Positions 22,501-26,264 of a stretch of 26,264 nt of DNA are shown here, piece after piece. Origin of the DNA: Utricularia gibba (taxonomy: Eukaryota; Plantae; Magnoliophyta); the NCBI GenBank assembly GCA_002189035.1, contig NEEC01000420.1, positions 1 through 26,264 of the forward strand, read 5' to 3'. Made by a program: the position numbers and the translations under genes. Every line of letters starts with the position of its first letter. Within the stretch, counting starts at the first letter, position 1. The notes beneath the pieces were generated by a model. It made no database searches, had not been told where the DNA came from, and saw only the letters and a program-made list of their open reading frames with translations.

Positions 22501-25500
22501 CGCCCCCGAGGGTGGGCCGGGTGCCTCTCGAGACACCTCCCCCCTCAAGAAGGGAGAACATGCCAAAACCCAGGTGGCGGCACTGGACATCCAAATGTTG
22601 AAAAAAGCGTGGCTTTTTTCGGTGGGCCACAAGGCGCCCGAGGGTGGGCCCAGTGCCTCCAAAGACACCTCCCCCTCAAGAAGGGAGAACATGCCAAAAC
22701 CCAGGTGGCGGCACTGGACATCCAAATGTTGAAAAAAGCGTGGCTTTTTTCGGTGGGCCACAAGGCGCCCCGAGGGTGGGCCCAGTGCCTCCAGAGACAC
22801 CTCCCCCTCAAGAAGGGAGATCATGCCAAAAGGGAGGTGGCGGCACTGGACATCCAAATGTCGAAAAAAGCGTGACTTTTCTCGAAAGGCCATTCCGGAC
22901 GAGCCATCGCCTAGCATGCTCGAGCGCGGCGTGCGTCCCGCGCGAGTCATTCCCGCGCATGCTCGAGCACGGCGTGCGGGCGAGCGTCCCGCGCGAGGCC
23001 ATCCCCGCGCATGTTCGATCATGGCCTGCGGGGGGCGTCCCGCGCGAGGCCATGCCCGCCCATGTCCGAGCATGGCGTGCGGGCGGGCGTCCCGCGCGAG
23101 GCCATCCCCGCGCGTGTTCGATCATGGCGTGCGGGGGGGCGTCCCGCGCGAGGCCATGCCCGCCCATGTCCGAGCATGGCGCGCCGGCGGGCGTCCGCGC
23201 GAGACATTCCCCGCCCATGTCCGAGCATGGCGTGCGGGCGGGCGTCCCGTGGAGTCATTCCCGCGCATGCTCGAGCACGGCGCGCGGGCAACCGTCCCGC
23301 GCGAGACATTCCCCGCGCATGCTCGAGCAAGGCGTGCGGGCGGGCGTCCATGGCGAGTCACCGCCCCACGCATGGCGTGCGGACGCCCGTCCCGTGCGAG
23401 ACATCGAACGTGCTTGCTCGAGCATCTTGAGGGGGAACCCACCCCTACTCGCCCCGATGGAGGTGCTGCCTCCACGCCATGCCCACGGAGCCGGCGCCGC
23501 ACGCCTGGGGCACACCGCCCCCCGAGGGTGGGCCGGGTGCCTCTCGAGACACCTCCCCCTCAAGAAGGGAGAACATGCCAAAACCCAGGTGGCGGCACTG
23601 GACATCCAAATGTTGAAAAAAGCGTGGCTTTTTTCGGTGGGCCACAAGGCGCCCCGAGGGTGGGCCCAGTGCCTCCAGAGACACCTCCCCCTCAAGAAGG
23701 GAGAACATGCCAAAACCCAGGTGGCGGCACTGGACATCCAAATGTTGAAAAAAGCGTGGCTTTTTTCGGTGGGCCACAAGGCGCCCCGAGGGTGGGCCCA
23801 GTGCCTCCAGAGACACCTCCCCCCTCAAGAAGGGAGATCATGCCAAAAGGGAGGTGGCGGCATTGGACATCCAAATGTCGAAAAAAGCGTGACTTTTCTC
23901 GAAAGGCCATTCCGGACGAGCCATCGCCTAGCATGCTCGAGCGCGGCGTGCGTCCCGCGCGAGTCATTCCCCGCGCATGCTCGAGCACGGCGTGCGGGCG
24001 AGCGTCCCGCGCGAGGCCATCCCCGCGCATGTTCGATCATGGCCTGCGGGGGGGCGTCCCGCGCGAGGCCATGCCCGCCCATGTCCGAGCATGGCGTGCG
24101 GGCGGGCGTCCCGCGCGAGGCCATCCCCGCGCGTGTTCGATCATGGCGTGCGGGGGGCGTCCCGCGCGAGGCCATGCCCGCCCATGTCCGAGCATGGCGC
24201 GCCGGCGGGCGTCCCGCGCGAGACATTCCCCGCCCATGTCCGAGCATGGCGTGCGGGCGGGCGTCCCGTGGGAGTCATTCCCCGCGCATGCTCGAGCACG
24301 GCGCGCGGGCAACCGTCCCGCGCGAGACATTCCCCGCGCATGCTCGAGCAAGGCGTGCGGGCGGGCGTCCATGGCGAGTCACCGCCCCACGCATGGCGTG
24401 CGGACGCCCGTCCCGTGCGAGACATCGAACGTGCTTGCTCGAGCATCTTGAGGGGGAACCCACCCCTACTCGCCCCGATGGAGGTGCTGCCTCCACGCCA
24501 TGCCCACGGAGCCGGCGCCGCACGCCTGGGGCACACCGCCCCCCGAGGGTGGGCCGGGTGCCTCTCGAGACACCTCCCCCCTCAAGAAGGGAGAACATGC
24601 CAAAACCCAGGTGGCGGCACTGGACATCCAAATGTTGAAAAAAGCGTGGCTTTTTTCGGTGGGCCACAAGGCGCCCGAGGGTGGGCCCAGTGCCTCCAGA
24701 GACACCTCCCCCAAGAAGGGAGAACATGCCAAAACCCAGGTGGCGGCACTGGACATCCAAATGTTGAAAAAAGCGTGGCTTTTTTCGGTGGGCCACAAGG
24801 CGCCCCGAGGGTGGGCCCAGTGCCTCCAGAGACACCTCCCCCCTCAAGAAGGGAGATCATGCCAAAAGGGAGGTGGCGGCACTGGACATCCAAATGTCGA
24901 AAAAAGCGTGAATTTTCTCGAAAGGCCATTCCGGACGAGCCATCGCCTAGCATGCTCGAGCGCGGCGTGCGTCCCGCGCGAGTCATTTCCCGCGCATGCT
25001 CGAGCACGGCGTGCGGGCGAGCGTCCCGCGCGAGGCCATCCCCGCGCATGTTCGATCATGGCCTGCGGGGGGGCGTCCCGCGCGAGGCCATGCCCGCCCA
25101 TGTCCGAGCATGGCGTGCGGGCGGGCGTCCGCGCGAGGCCATCCCCGCGTGTTCGATCATGGCGTGCGGGGGGGCGTCCCGCGCGAGGCCATGCCCGCCC
25201 ATGTCCGAGCATGGCGCGCCGGCGGGCGTCCCGCGCGAGACATTCCCCGCCCATGTCCGAGCATGGCGTGCGGGCGGGTCCCGTGGGAGTCATTCCCCGC
25301 GCATGCTCGAGCACGGCGTGCGGGGGCGTCCCGCGCGAGGCCATCCCCGCGCATGTTCGATCATGGCGTGCGGGGGGGCGTCCATGGCGAGTCACCGCCC
25401 CACGCATGGCGTGCGGACGCCCGTCCCGTGCGAGACATCGAACGTGCTTGCTCGAGCATCTTGAGGGGGAACCCACCCCTACTCGCCCCGATGGAGGTGC

Positions 25501-26180
25501 TGCCTCCACGCCATGCCCACGGAGCCGGCGCCGCACGCCTGGGGCACACCGCCCCCGAGGGTGGGCCGGGTGCCTCTCGAGACACCTCCCCCCTCAAGAA
25601 GGGAGAACATGCCAAAACCCAGGTGGCGGCACTGGACATCCAAATGTTGAAAAAAAGCGTGGCTTTTTTCGGTGGGCCACAAGGCGCCCCGAGGGTGGGC
25701 CCAGTGCCTCCAAAGACACCTCCCCCTCAAGAAGGGAGAACATGCCAAAACCCAGGTGGCGGCACTGGACATCCAAATGTTGAAAAAAGCGTGGCTTTTT
25801 TCGGTGGCCACAAGGCGCCCCGAGGGTGGGCCCAGTGCCTCCAGAGACACCTCCCCCCTCAAGAAGGGAGATCATGCCAAAAGGGAGGTGGCGGCATGGA
25901 CATCCAAATGTCGAAAAAAGCGTGACTTTTCTCGAAAGGCCATTCCGGACGAGCCATCGCCTAGCATGCTCGAGCGCGGCGTGCGTCCGCGCGAGTCATT
26001 CCCGCGCATGCTCGAGCACGGCGTGCGGGCGAGCGTCCCCGCGAGGCCATCCCCGCGCATGTTCGATCATGGCCTGCGGGGGCGTCCCGCGCGAGGCCGT
26101 GCCCGCCCATGTCCGAGCATGGCGTGCGGGCGGGCGTCCCGCGCGAGGCCATCCCCGCGCGTGTTCGATCATGGCTCACC
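13496..26180. repeat. IGS2 array of 13 HORs (about 39 promoter-like repeats)
   Basis: First TIS-like motif of each copy at 13504, 14413, 15424, 16443, 17458, 18476, 19494, 20512, 21524, 22545, 23560, 24582 and 25594. Confidence 0.95.
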
Positions 26181-26264
26181 AGCGGCGAGTCACCGCCTCC
26201 GCACATGGTCGACCATGGCTGGCGGGCACTTGCACTTCGCGCGTGCTTGCATGCCTGCATGCGG
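26168..26264. other. 25S-proximal terminal IGS sequence of the next unit (array end)
   Basis: ATCATGGCTCACCAGC...GCTTGCATGCCTGCATGCGG matches ~6730-6827. Confidence 0.9.

Noticed and set aside
24700-24720. Promoter copy lacking TC at the predicted +1 (CCTCCCCCAAGAAG)
   Set aside because: A single small deletion next to a C run; indistinguishable from sequencing error.

Overview
This is plant nuclear 45S (35S) rDNA on the minus strand, most likely from a non-grass monocot; no protein-coding gene is supported. In plus-strand order the window holds: the end of one unit's 5'ETS and Pol I promoter (1-~575), intergenic spacer IGS1 (497-7627), a 25S gene that stops after only ~2.06 kb (7628-9689), ITS2, 5.8S, a very short 132-bp ITS1, a full-length 18S (10222-12023), a 1.48-kb 5'ETS, and a much longer spacer IGS2 (13505 to window end). 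Both spacers are built from a ~1.01-kb higher-order repeat (HOR) of three ~132-bp copies of the Pol I promoter/initiation region, ~10 GC-rich 52-bp subrepeats and a ~120-bp linker. IGS1 has 5 canonical HORs plus diverged edge copies; IGS2 has 13. The transcription unit in the middle is abnormal in three linked ways. Its 25S lacks the 3' ~1.3 kb, including the peptidyl-transferase and sarcin-ricin regions. Its gene promoter has the spacer-promoter sequence type and lacks the ~1.6-kb promoter-proximal block seen at 497-2112. Its upstream spacer is about twice as long. Scattered homopolymer-type indels suggest an unpolished long read or assembly, so single-base claims need caution.
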